This document shows positions 17,811 through 26,577 of a stretch of 64,000 nucleotides of DNA, piece by piece. Source of the stretch: Candidatus Woesebacteria bacterium (GTDB lineage Bacteria > Patescibacteriota > Saccharimonadia > Saccharimonadales > EFPC-124); NCBI GenBank assembly GCA_050115675.1, contig JASFQB010000003.1:34673-98672 (forward strand), in the 5' to 3' direction. The stretch's first letter is position 1. Every line of letters starts with the position of its first letter. A program made the position numbers and the translations under genes. Under the pieces are notes generated by a model. It was not told the DNA's origin. It worked only from the letters and a program-made list of their open reading frames with translations, and ran no database searches.

Positions 17811-18974
17811 CTAAAAAAGTTTAATGTATTTGTCTGCAATGTCGTTCCAGTTATAGCTTTGTAATATTTTTTTACGAGCTTGTTCGCCCATTTGCTTGGT
17901 TTTTTTAGGATTATCAACCAGCAGTTGCATTTTTTGAGCTATTTGATCAATGTTGTCTACGTCTGTCAAATAACCATCCTTGCCATCATCTATTAAATCA
18001 ATCATGCCCGAAGCCTTGCTGGTTAATATTGCCTTACCGCTTGCCATGGCCTCTAAAATTGCGATTGGCATGCCCTCGTACGACGAAAGCGTGCAAAACA
18101 CATCACAAACTCTGAGGTAATTTACTACCTCTGTATTTGGAACTTTGCCAACAAAAATTACATGCTTTTTTAAGCCTAAATCATCAATTAGTTTTAAAAT
18201 GTCCGCCTCGTAATCTCGGCCACCACCCACCAGAACAAGAACAACATTTGAGTTGATCTTTACAACTTTTTGCAGCGCAAACAACAGGTTAAACACGCGT
18301 TTGCGAGCCCTGAACACACCCACATATAGCAGCGCTGTCTTGCCCGCTAGCTGGTCTAAAAATTTTTGGTCTAGCCTAGGTTTGCCTGGTGTAAAATTAC
18401 CTGGGTTAACTCCGTTGGCAATAATTTTTATGTTTTTTGATGAAGTCATATTGTAGGTGCGCATAAATTCTTTTTTGTTTTCGCTGCTCACTACAGTTAC
18501 TTCGTCTGCACAAACGTATCCAATCCAGCCCAAAAAGACGTGAACAGGCGAAAAAACCCATTTTTCTATATGCTCTTTGCGCGCTGGCTTAAATTCTTTG
18601 CCTTTAACTTTTACCGTTTTTATATGGGCAAATTCCGAAAAATATGACACCTGAAAAGAGTTAATAATTTTAGGAAAGCGCTCATTAAACAGCTTGGCCA
18701 ACAAAAACAAGGTCGTAGATGATTGATGCAGGTTTATAACATCAATTTTTTGCTGTTTTATAATTTTTAGCGCACGTAAGTTATTTAAAAATGCGCCTTT
18801 TATTAGGCTTTTTGAGCTTCTAATGACCTTGGGATCATCTTGCGCCTGACCCGTTGTTAACACCCAAACCTCGTGACCTTTTGCTTGGTAGGATTCTTTT
18901 AGGTTTTTTGCAATTTCGCCTACTCCACCAATTTTATCTGGCGGGTAGTAATCTGTTAAAATTAGAATTTTCAC
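17811..18974 (-). CDS. Glycosyltransferase family 4
   Basis: 387 aa. PPDKIGGVGEIA N-terminal motif and SSYEGMPIAILEAMASGKAIL. GTG start in a GTGA overlap. Confidence 0.85.
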   Translation of the reverse strand: MKILILTDYYPPDKIGGVGEIAKNLKESYQAKGHEVWVLTTGQAQDDPKVIRSSKSLIKGAFLNNLRALKIIKQQKIDVINLHQSSTTLFLLAKLFNERFPKIINSFQVSYFSEFAHIKTVKVKGKEFKPARKEHIEKWVFSPVHVFLGWIGYVCADEVTVVSSENKKEFMRTYNMTSSKNIKIIANGVNPGNFTPGKPRLDQKFLDQLAGKTALLYVGVFRARKRVFNLLFALQKVVKINSNVVLVLVGGGRDYEADILKLIDDLGLKKHVIFVGKVPNTEVVNYLRVCDVFCTLSSYEGMPIAILEAMASGKAILTSKASGMIDLIDDGKDGYLTDVDNIDQIAQKMQLLVDNPKKTKQMGEQARKKILQSYNWNDIADKYIKLF

Positions 18975-19618
18975 TTTATAACCTTTCCAAAATACACCCT
19001 AACAAATGCATCTGTTTTATCAAACCTGTCTAGTTTTACACTTAGCCAAAGTCCAGGATAAAGCAACGCTCGTACCAGCCAGCCAACTTTAATTTTGTCA
19101 AAAATATGAGTAATTTTAAAAACAAGGTTGGCATTTACAGAAAACCAGCCACCACGAGAGTGAATTTGAACGTTTTTAAAATCTTCAAAAAGTTTTTGTA
19201 GGCCAAATTTTGTAAACCGCGCGTAATCGTGAGGCGCCTCGTGCACGGGATACAAAAATGGCACCGTAAAGTAAATTTTTCCGCCCTTTTTTAAAACTCG
19301 CTTCATCTCTTTTACGGCTTTTTGCGGATTGTAAAAATGTTCTATTACATTGTTGGCCAAAATTATGTCAAAGCTAGAATCTTTAAAAGGCAAAGTGTGG
19401 GCGTCTGCAATAATATCTGCGCCAGAATCTGGATTTATGTCTATGGTTGTGTATTTTTGCGAGTTTTTTAATTTTTTTTCGTCAAACTTTTTAGATTTTT
19501 TAAATGATCCAACAGAACTGCCAATGTCTAAAATGCTTTTATTACTAAAATCAATCGCAAAAAAATCATAATAATTCTGTTTTGAATAACAAGGGGCTGT
19601 GCTTAAAAATTTTGACAT
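18971..19618 (-). CDS. Class I SAM-dependent methyltransferase
   Basis: 215 aa. ILDIGSSVGS (motif I), DIILANNVIEHF, MKRVLKKGGKIYFTVP. Confidence 0.85.
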   Translation of the reverse strand: MSKFLSTAPCYSKQNYYDFFAIDFSNKSILDIGSSVGSFKKSKKFDEKKLKNSQKYTTIDINPDSGADIIADAHTLPFKDSSFDIILANNVIEHFYNPQKAVKEMKRVLKKGGKIYFTVPFLYPVHEAPHDYARFTKFGLQKLFEDFKNVQIHSRGGWFSVNANLVFKITHIFDKIKVGWLVRALLYPGLWLSVKLDRFDKTDAFVRVYFGKVIK

Positions 19619-19620
19619 GC

Positions 19621-20913
19621 TTATAAAACTTTTTTAAAAATCTGATAGTGTTTATCTGCTATTGTAGCCCAATCAAACTGTTGAGCCAATTTTTTGGCAT
19701 TTTGCTGCATTTTTTGCTTATCGCCAGAGATCATGCTTGAAAAATTTTCTATAGCGTTTTTGATTTCTTTTGACGATTTTTGCTTAAAAATAAATCCGTC
19801 AACTCCACTTTTTATTACATCCTCTGCGCCAGATACATCTGTAGTCATAACAATTTTGCCTGCAGCTAGACTTTCCATAACCACCACGGGAAATCCTTCT
19901 GAATCTTTTTTAGAATCAATAATAGACGGGAAGCACGTTGCATCTGCAATACTTAGCAAGGCTTGCTTGTCAGCTCCATGAACGTAACCCGTAAAAGTTA
20001 CCGTTGCTAGCCCCGCGTCTGAGGAAGAAGGAGAGGGGCTCATAATACCCAAAAAATTGGCTTTTGCAATAAGATCGTCTTTAAGTTGACCGTCACCTGC
20101 AATAATAAAGTGCAGTGTTTTTAATATTTTTGGATTAATTTGCGGTATTGCCTCAAGCAAATACTCTACGCCTTTTTTCTCGGCCAATCTGCCAATAAAA
20201 AGCACAAACTTTTTATCTTGGGGTAAATTATATTTTTGAATCACCGCTTTAAGCCGGTCAGGACTTACAACCGTTTTTTTTGCACTCACCCCCATTGGCA
20301 CAACATATAATTTTGATTTAAAGTTTTTTTGCCAATCTTCTGCCGAAAAAGAGTCACGCAATTTATTTGCCGTTCGCTTTGACACAGCCGTATACGCACC
20401 AGCCTGATGGCATGCCGACCTAATTAGCTTGCGAGTAAACGGCACTTTGCGCAGCACAGAAACGTCTGACGCATGAGTTGTAAACGCAAACGGCACCCCT
20501 GTTATTTTTGACACCAGCGAAGCAGTTATGGCCTGTGGCATAAACCAATGAGCGTAAATTAAATCAGGTTTTTCTTTTTTTGTTAAGTTTAGCAAAGTTA
20601 AAAATTCAAAAAATATAAAAAACGGAATCTGCGCATACAGAAGCTTGTTCTTGCGCAATGCAGGCATAATTCCCCTACCCACCAAAAGCTCCCATTTGTA
20701 AGGCTTAAAGTAATGATATCTTACTTCTTTATAGTCGTTGTGACTACTTAATTTTGATACTGTCTGACTGTAATAATTGTGAGGAGTGTGCACCACAAAA
20801 TCCAACTCAGGATAAAGCTTTTTAAGCTCGATAATTTGATCTTTTACAAACGCAGGAACTTCATCTTTATCAGATACAGGAAAGCTAGAAGTTGTAACTA
20901 AAATTTTTGTCAT
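19621..20913 (-). CDS. Glycosyltransferase family 4
   Basis: 430 aa GT-B. ...DSEGFPVVVMESLAAGKIV. Confidence 0.85.
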   Translation of the reverse strand: MTKILVTTSSFPVSDKDEVPAFVKDQIIELKKLYPELDFVVHTPHNYYSQTVSKLSSHNDYKEVRYHYFKPYKWELLVGRGIMPALRKNKLLYAQIPFFIFFEFLTLLNLTKKEKPDLIYAHWFMPQAITASLVSKITGVPFAFTTHASDVSVLRKVPFTRKLIRSACHQAGAYTAVSKRTANKLRDSFSAEDWQKNFKSKLYVVPMGVSAKKTVVSPDRLKAVIQKYNLPQDKKFVLFIGRLAEKKGVEYLLEAIPQINPKILKTLHFIIAGDGQLKDDLIAKANFLGIMSPSPSSSDAGLATVTFTGYVHGADKQALLSIADATCFPSIIDSKKDSEGFPVVVMESLAAGKIVMTTDVSGAEDVIKSGVDGFIFKQKSSKEIKNAIENFSSMISGDKQKMQQNAKKLAQQFDWATIADKHYQIFKKVL

Positions 20914-21927
20914 TTAATAAACACTCTTGTCTAAGCTTTTTTGCCAGCGCCATGTGTCTGCCAATGCTTGTTTTACACTTAGTTCTGCTTCCCAGCCCAA
21001 CATTTTTTTTGCTTTGTCGCCAGATGCGTACGAGCTTGCAATGTCACCCTTGCGCCTTGGCCCAACTTTGTGTGGAATTTTGACTCCCGTTGCGTCCTCA
21101 AACGCTTCAATGAACTGAAAGACACTTGTGCCGCTACCTGTACAAATATTAAATGTGTCTACGCTTTTATCGACTTTACCTAGGTAATTTAGTGATTTAA
21201 TATGAGCTCTGGCAAGATCCATGATATGAATATAATCCCTGACAGGACTGCCGTCTATGGTATTGTAGTCGTCGCCATAAACAGTTAGGTCTTCGCGCGC
21301 ACCCGTTGCAACTTGCATTACGTAAGGCAATAAAAAGCTCGGAACTCCGATTGGCAACTCGCCAATCAAGCCAGTTGGGTGAGCACCTATTGGATTAAAA
21401 TACCTAAGAATCAATGCACGCATTTTTGTTGCACTGCAAACGTCTTTAATGATTTGCTCGGACATTTGCTTAGTGGCACCGTAAGGGTTCATTGGTGGCT
21501 GAACTGGGCTGTCTTCTGTCATTGGTAGTTTATTTGTATTTCCATAAACAGTGGTAGACGAAGAGTAAATAAATTGCCTCACATTAGCGGCGTTCATTGC
21601 TTGCAACATTGCAACTAGACCGCAAATGTTATTGTCGTAATATTTTAGGGGATCGCCAACGCTTTCAACTACCGATTTATATGCAGCCAAATATATTACC
21701 GCCTTGCAGTTATGTTTTTTTAGAATAGACGTCATAAAGTCAACGTCACGTACGTCGTGATTATAATGGATAATTGATCTTCCAACTATTTTTGCAATTC
21801 TGTCGTAAATAAATGGTCTACTGTTGGTTAAATTATCAACAACAATTGGCTCATAGCCCGCTGCAATCAGTTCTGTACAAATGTGCGAGCCAATATAGCC
21901 CGCACCTCCGGCAATAAGAATATTCAT
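20914..21927 (-). CDS. galE: UDP-glucose 4-epimerase
   Basis: 337 aa. MNILIAGGAGYIGSH Rossmann motif, YGATK catalytic YxxxK, full-length GalE-like sequence. Confidence 0.92.
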   Translation of the reverse strand: MNILIAGGAGYIGSHICTELIAAGYEPIVVDNLTNSRPFIYDRIAKIVGRSIIHYNHDVRDVDFMTSILKKHNCKAVIYLAAYKSVVESVGDPLKYYDNNICGLVAMLQAMNAANVRQFIYSSSTTVYGNTNKLPMTEDSPVQPPMNPYGATKQMSEQIIKDVCSATKMRALILRYFNPIGAHPTGLIGELPIGVPSFLLPYVMQVATGAREDLTVYGDDYNTIDGSPVRDYIHIMDLARAHIKSLNYLGKVDKSVDTFNICTGSGTSVFQFIEAFEDATGVKIPHKVGPRRKGDIASSYASGDKAKKMLGWEAELSVKQALADTWRWQKSLDKSVY

Positions 21928-21956
21928 GTTTTTTATTATATCAAAATTATCTTTCG

Positions 21957-23993
21957 TTATTCGCCAATTACTGATATATGAACTCTAAAAGTCTTTTCTT
22001 CGCTAAATCTTGGGGAGCCAAGTAGGCGATTTTCCATCTCTACAAAAGTACACTCACTTACCTGTCTAAATTTATACCCGAGATCGGCTTTAATATCCTC
22101 CACGCCATCGCCCATTGTCGCCACAACTGGCATATAGCCGGCCTTTTTGGCATTGCTTATTGCCTGAGAAAAATCTTTTGTGTTAATTGGCTGCCATTTG
22201 TAAGCCGCAGAGACAGCTCCACAGTAGGTTCTGGTAGCCTGAACAAGATAATATTGGCCATCGCCCACCCATAAAACAGCAGCGTTATCTGGCAATTTCT
22301 CACACATGCCCTGAATTAGCGATAATTCGGTCATGCTGCGAGTTTCTAAAAACGGCTTACTAACAATCAATGGAGCAATCACGACACTTATTGCCAAAAA
22401 TAACGAGAATACTGCGCTTAATGGCAGCTTTTTTAGATATTTTTTATCAATTATATCCATCATAACTACACCAAAGATTACAAGAGACGGCATAATAACT
22501 GGCAACATTCGCCTAGATGCCCAAATTTGCGCTGGCGAAACAGATGGCTGCACTACATAAACAATGGATACCACAAGAAACATTAGCACAACCGCAAAAA
22601 TGGCAAGTTGACGCCTATCTTTCATTGCGTTTGAAGCTACAAACGACAACCCCACTATTCCTAGTAAAGCAATTATTGGGCCAATGTACCAAACCACCCA
22701 ATCTACAGTAAGCTCTGTGTAAATTCGCGGCTCTATTGGCACTCCCTCTTTGGTTTGCATGTTCGCAATGTTTACACTTTGTTTTGGACTTTCTGCGGTC
22801 ATCCACAGAGGACGGCTGGCCAACACCAAGGTCGCCCCAATAATAATCACAGGCACCAACATCACGCGCCAGCTACGAGTTAGTTTGTTTAGTTTAGGTA
22901 AAAGTTTTGTCCGCCAACATACGACAACCCCCGCAACGCCAACAGCAACAACAGCGAACAATGCAACAACTTCTTGCTTTATATATTCTTTATGGAACAA
23001 AAAATATGGCAATGACATTATTTTTAAATCTTGCATAGCCAGCCACGACAGGGCTGCTATGCTTGCCAAAAACATTACACTCCCTAATGCAACTTTTTTG
23101 CGTTTTTTAGGCAATGTCAATGCCAAATTAATTAGCACATACAAAACAATGCCAATTACGGCCAGATAGCTGTCGATTCTTGTCATTATTGCTGCGCCAA
23201 TAAATAAACCAGCCAATAACCAACCCTGAATATTCTCATTTTTATTTGCGCTCCAAAGAGCACTTAGTCCACCAAAAATAAACGCCATAGTCAGAGGTTC
23301 TGTAAAAGCATCTCTAGAAAAATGAATAAAGGGCAGACACACTCCAAGTATCGCCACAGCAACCAGCGCCCAGCGTGGACGGGCTACTTGACTTGCAAAA
23401 ACATAAACTGATAAAAGCGCTAATCCACCAGTTATTGGTGCCAGCAATAAAACATTCTCTACGCCAATTAGTCTGCCGCCTAAGCCCATCAACACCTGAG
23501 ATAGATGCTGCCCCTGTGCGTAAATTTTACCTGAGTCATATGACAGATTGTCAAAACCTGGGCTGCCAGGACTAATGTTTGGGACGTCGCCAAAAGGATT
23601 AGACACAAACATCTGCAACGTATCATGCGTTACTAGCCACGCGCTAGCATTTGCATAAGTTGCTGGGTCGCTGTCTGTCATAATGTGCTGATAAGATAAC
23701 GGGACATTCCATACACACCACATCACAACGGCAACCAGCGCAATCACATTACATAACAATCGTTCTTTTGTCTTTTTTCCTGGTTTACCACTGCTTAATC
23801 CGCAAACTAACCAAATAGCAAAAGTAGACATTAAAAGACCCAGCGGCCAGACCAAGCCACTGGTGAGTCTTTCTTGTAGCAATAAAACCATACCAACAAC
23901 ACCAAAAGATGCTGCAATAGACAGCAAAGCCAAAGGAAATCCGTTTATTAAGGCATAAAAAAAATTGGCTAGCTTGTGAATCATATGTTTCAT
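21957..23993 (-). CDS. Large polytopic membrane protein, probable GT-C-fold glycosyltransferase (ArnT/PMT-like)
   Basis: 678 aa, at least 12 TM helices followed by a roughly 130-aa soluble C-terminal domain. First gene of the galE operon. Family assignment is by architecture only. Confidence 0.6.
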   Translation of the reverse strand: MKHMIHKLANFFYALINGFPLALLSIAASFGVVGMVLLLQERLTSGLVWPLGLLMSTFAIWLVCGLSSGKPGKKTKERLLCNVIALVAVVMWCVWNVPLSYQHIMTDSDPATYANASAWLVTHDTLQMFVSNPFGDVPNISPGSPGFDNLSYDSGKIYAQGQHLSQVLMGLGGRLIGVENVLLLAPITGGLALLSVYVFASQVARPRWALVAVAILGVCLPFIHFSRDAFTEPLTMAFIFGGLSALWSANKNENIQGWLLAGLFIGAAIMTRIDSYLAVIGIVLYVLINLALTLPKKRKKVALGSVMFLASIAALSWLAMQDLKIMSLPYFLFHKEYIKQEVVALFAVVAVGVAGVVVCWRTKLLPKLNKLTRSWRVMLVPVIIIGATLVLASRPLWMTAESPKQSVNIANMQTKEGVPIEPRIYTELTVDWVVWYIGPIIALLGIVGLSFVASNAMKDRRQLAIFAVVLMFLVVSIVYVVQPSVSPAQIWASRRMLPVIMPSLVIFGVVMMDIIDKKYLKKLPLSAVFSLFLAISVVIAPLIVSKPFLETRSMTELSLIQGMCEKLPDNAAVLWVGDGQYYLVQATRTYCGAVSAAYKWQPINTKDFSQAISNAKKAGYMPVVATMGDGVEDIKADLGYKFRQVSECTFVEMENRLLGSPRFSEEKTFRVHISVIGE

Positions 23994-24096
23994 ATTCTAT
24001 CAGTAATTTGCTCTCTTAAAAACTGCCCTCAATTACTTATTGAAACTACAAAGCATTCTTGATATGTTTAAAGTAGCTACCTAAAAAACAAATACC

Positions 24097-24669
24097 ATGA
24101 AAATTACCCAAAAAAAGAAATCTTTTCCTAAAAACATAATTATTGGAATAGTCATTGCAATACTTGCAATCGCGGCTGCAGCTATATTTTTTTTCTACAG
24201 TCAACGCAACAGTTCAAAATCTAGCGACATAAACCCCGTCAACACCGTCAACTATGATGCACCTACAGAAGAAGAAAAAACACAAAATGACGCCCAAAAA
24301 GAACAAATTATCAATGATTACACCGAGTCGCAAGAAAAATCAGCAAACACTGAAACAATAGGAGTTGACGGCTCAATCATCGCCACCATAACACGAGCCA
24401 ACCAAACCGGCTCAACAATTAGCATAGGTATTTTAGTAGAAGGAACTATGAGCGGCACCTGTGCAGTATCACTATCAAAGGAGGGCCAATCAACAATGAC
24501 AAAAACATTTGACATCATTTACGAAGGAACAACATCGATGTGCAACAATGTGTCTTTCCCCCTTAGCGATTTGCCCGAAAGCGGAGAATGGCTAATCACG
24601 GCAACAGCCAAAAACGACACTTCAACGTCTGAGCCAGCAGCATTTAAACAAAATTTTTATAAGAACTAA
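24097..24669 (+). CDS. N-terminally anchored hypothetical protein
   Basis: 190 aa, TM helix IIIGIVIAILAIAAAAIFFFY, soluble beta-rich domain. Confidence 0.6.
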   Translation: MKITQKKKSFPKNIIIGIVIAILAIAAAAIFFFYSQRNSSKSSDINPVNTVNYDAPTEEEKTQNDAQKEQIINDYTESQEKSANTETIGVDGSIIATITRANQTGSTISIGILVEGTMSGTCAVSLSKEGQSTMTKTFDIIYEGTTSMCNNVSFPLSDLPESGEWLITATAKNDTSTSEPAAFKQNFYKN

Positions 24670-24670
24670 A

Positions 24671-26521
24671 ATGAAATACAAAAAAATCACTCACAATCTT
24701 ACAAGATTTTTTTACATCTCTGTTGCGCTAACTTGTGTTTTTGGCATCGTTCGCCCAGCACAGCTTATGGCTTTAAACGGCTCTGATTTTCAATCAGGGC
24801 GAATAATTGACGATGCTGTATTTAACAACTCTGAATCAATGTCTCCCGGCCAAATTCAAGATTTTTTAAACGCCAAAGTGCCAAATTGCGATAGCGAGGG
24901 AGCCTTACCTTATGCTGGCACCACTCGACGCGCCTATTCCGAAAGCAAAGGCGTTGCCTTTCCTCTTGTTTGTCTTAAGGATTACTACGAAAATCCCGAG
25001 ACACACGAAAACAATTTAAGTGGCAACCCCATTCCAAGTGGCGCAAAAAGTGCTGCACAAATAATATACGATGTTGGACGTCAATATTCCATCAATCCAC
25101 AAGTAATATTGGTTATGTTGCAAAAAGAACAAGCCTTAGTAATGGACGACTGGCCTTGGCCAATTCAATATCGAAGCGCCATGGGATACGGCTGCCCTGA
25201 CACCGCTGCCTGCGATAGTACATACTACGGTTTTTACAACCAGGTTGTAAACGCGGCATGGCAATTTAGACGCTATGCCAGCAATCCAAACTCTTACAGT
25301 CACGTCGCTGGCATAAACAACCAGGTGCGCTACAACCCAGATGCAAGCTGTGGATCTGGCACAGTATTCATCCAAAACCAATCGACAGCATCTTTATACA
25401 ACTACACACCATATCAGCCAAACGTAGCCGCACTAAGCAATCTTTACGGAACTGGCGACGGATGTAGCGCATATGGCAACCGTAACTTTTGGCGATATTT
25501 TACCGAGTGGTTTGGCAGTACGTTTTCTACAACTGGACCAGTGGTAAGAAATATCCGCAAAACAACCTACGGTCGTGCAAACCAGGTCTTTACTGCAACG
25601 GATAGTCAAATTTTTGAAAACGCCTGGTGGGATGGCAGTGGTGGCTTGCACAAATCGCTAATAACCAACACACCCAGCGGTGAACGAATCACAGATATCG
25701 ATAAGATCAATATACCAAATAGTACCGCTCAAGCTGTATTCTTCTCTACATGGAGTGGCGTCTATAAAGCAACCTGGAATGGTGACAATCCTACAGTTAC
25801 AAAAATTGTCAGTGGCTTATCTGACGTAAAACAAGTTATTGCAGATGGAAGGCTAGAAGATGGCACCTACACTTACAGACTATATATACTAACTAACGAC
25901 GGTCCATACGAAGTTTGGTGGCGCGACGGTACAGAAGTAAGCTCTCCATACAGACTTTGGAATATTAATAACGGACTTGATATGGTTAAAACTACTGCCT
26001 ACGACGGCTGTGACGAGGTTTATGTTGCCACAAATGGTGAAGTTTATCGCATGAAATGGCCAGTAAACGGCGGCATCGAAAGAAAAACAATTACTACTTT
26101 GCGTGACACAGTGGCTATCGACAAACAAACCCTAAACGACGGAACCGAACTGTTATATACAGCCACGCAAACAGGCGTGCACGAAACCTGGTGGCGTCCA
26201 GACACTGGCTTTAGCAACCCTGCAAAAATAATAACCAGCAAAAACCCAGTGGTTAGTGTGCAAAAAACAATGACCAGTGGATATCACCAGGTTTACGTAG
26301 CTGAAGTTGGCGCAGTAAACGAGTACTGGTGGGGGCCTGGCAGTAACGGCATACACGGATCACGCGTAGTGACAATTCCGCAAAGAGATGTAATGGAATT
26401 TGAAAAAGTCAATATAGGCAGCTATCAAAACATTTATACCTCTAGATCTGCGTTTGTGTACGAGACCTGGTGGGGTAATGGCGCCATGGGCAACGCCGAG
26501 ATAATAAACATTAGCCGATAA
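24671..26521 (+). CDS. Secreted protein: unassigned N-terminal domain plus seven-fold Trp-repeat (beta-propeller-like) C-terminal domain
   Basis: 616 aa with a signal-like N-terminus. Residues about 300-616 contain seven repeats spaced 45-50 aa, marked by xxWW/xxW (AWW319, ATW369, VWW416, MKW463, TWW507, YWW553, TWW600). Confidence 0.75.
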   Translation: MKYKKITHNLTRFFYISVALTCVFGIVRPAQLMALNGSDFQSGRIIDDAVFNNSESMSPGQIQDFLNAKVPNCDSEGALPYAGTTRRAYSESKGVAFPLVCLKDYYENPETHENNLSGNPIPSGAKSAAQIIYDVGRQYSINPQVILVMLQKEQALVMDDWPWPIQYRSAMGYGCPDTAACDSTYYGFYNQVVNAAWQFRRYASNPNSYSHVAGINNQVRYNPDASCGSGTVFIQNQSTASLYNYTPYQPNVAALSNLYGTGDGCSAYGNRNFWRYFTEWFGSTFSTTGPVVRNIRKTTYGRANQVFTATDSQIFENAWWDGSGGLHKSLITNTPSGERITDIDKINIPNSTAQAVFFSTWSGVYKATWNGDNPTVTKIVSGLSDVKQVIADGRLEDGTYTYRLYILTNDGPYEVWWRDGTEVSSPYRLWNINNGLDMVKTTAYDGCDEVYVATNGEVYRMKWPVNGGIERKTITTLRDTVAIDKQTLNDGTELLYTATQTGVHETWWRPDTGFSNPAKIITSKNPVVSVQKTMTSGYHQVYVAEVGAVNEYWWGPGSNGIHGSRVVTIPQRDVMEFEKVNIGSYQNIYTSRSAFVYETWWGNGAMGNAEIINISR

Positions 26522-26531
26522 GAATACATAC

Positions 26532-26570
26532 AAATTCAAAACGCGCCCATAAAGAGCGCGTTTTGAATTT
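26532..26570. terminator. Bidirectional terminator between convergent genes
   Basis: Perfect 15-bp inverted repeat AAATTCAAAACGCGC (26532..26546) / GCGCGTTTTGAATTT (26556..26570). Confidence 0.8.
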
Positions 26571-26577
26571 AATCGTC

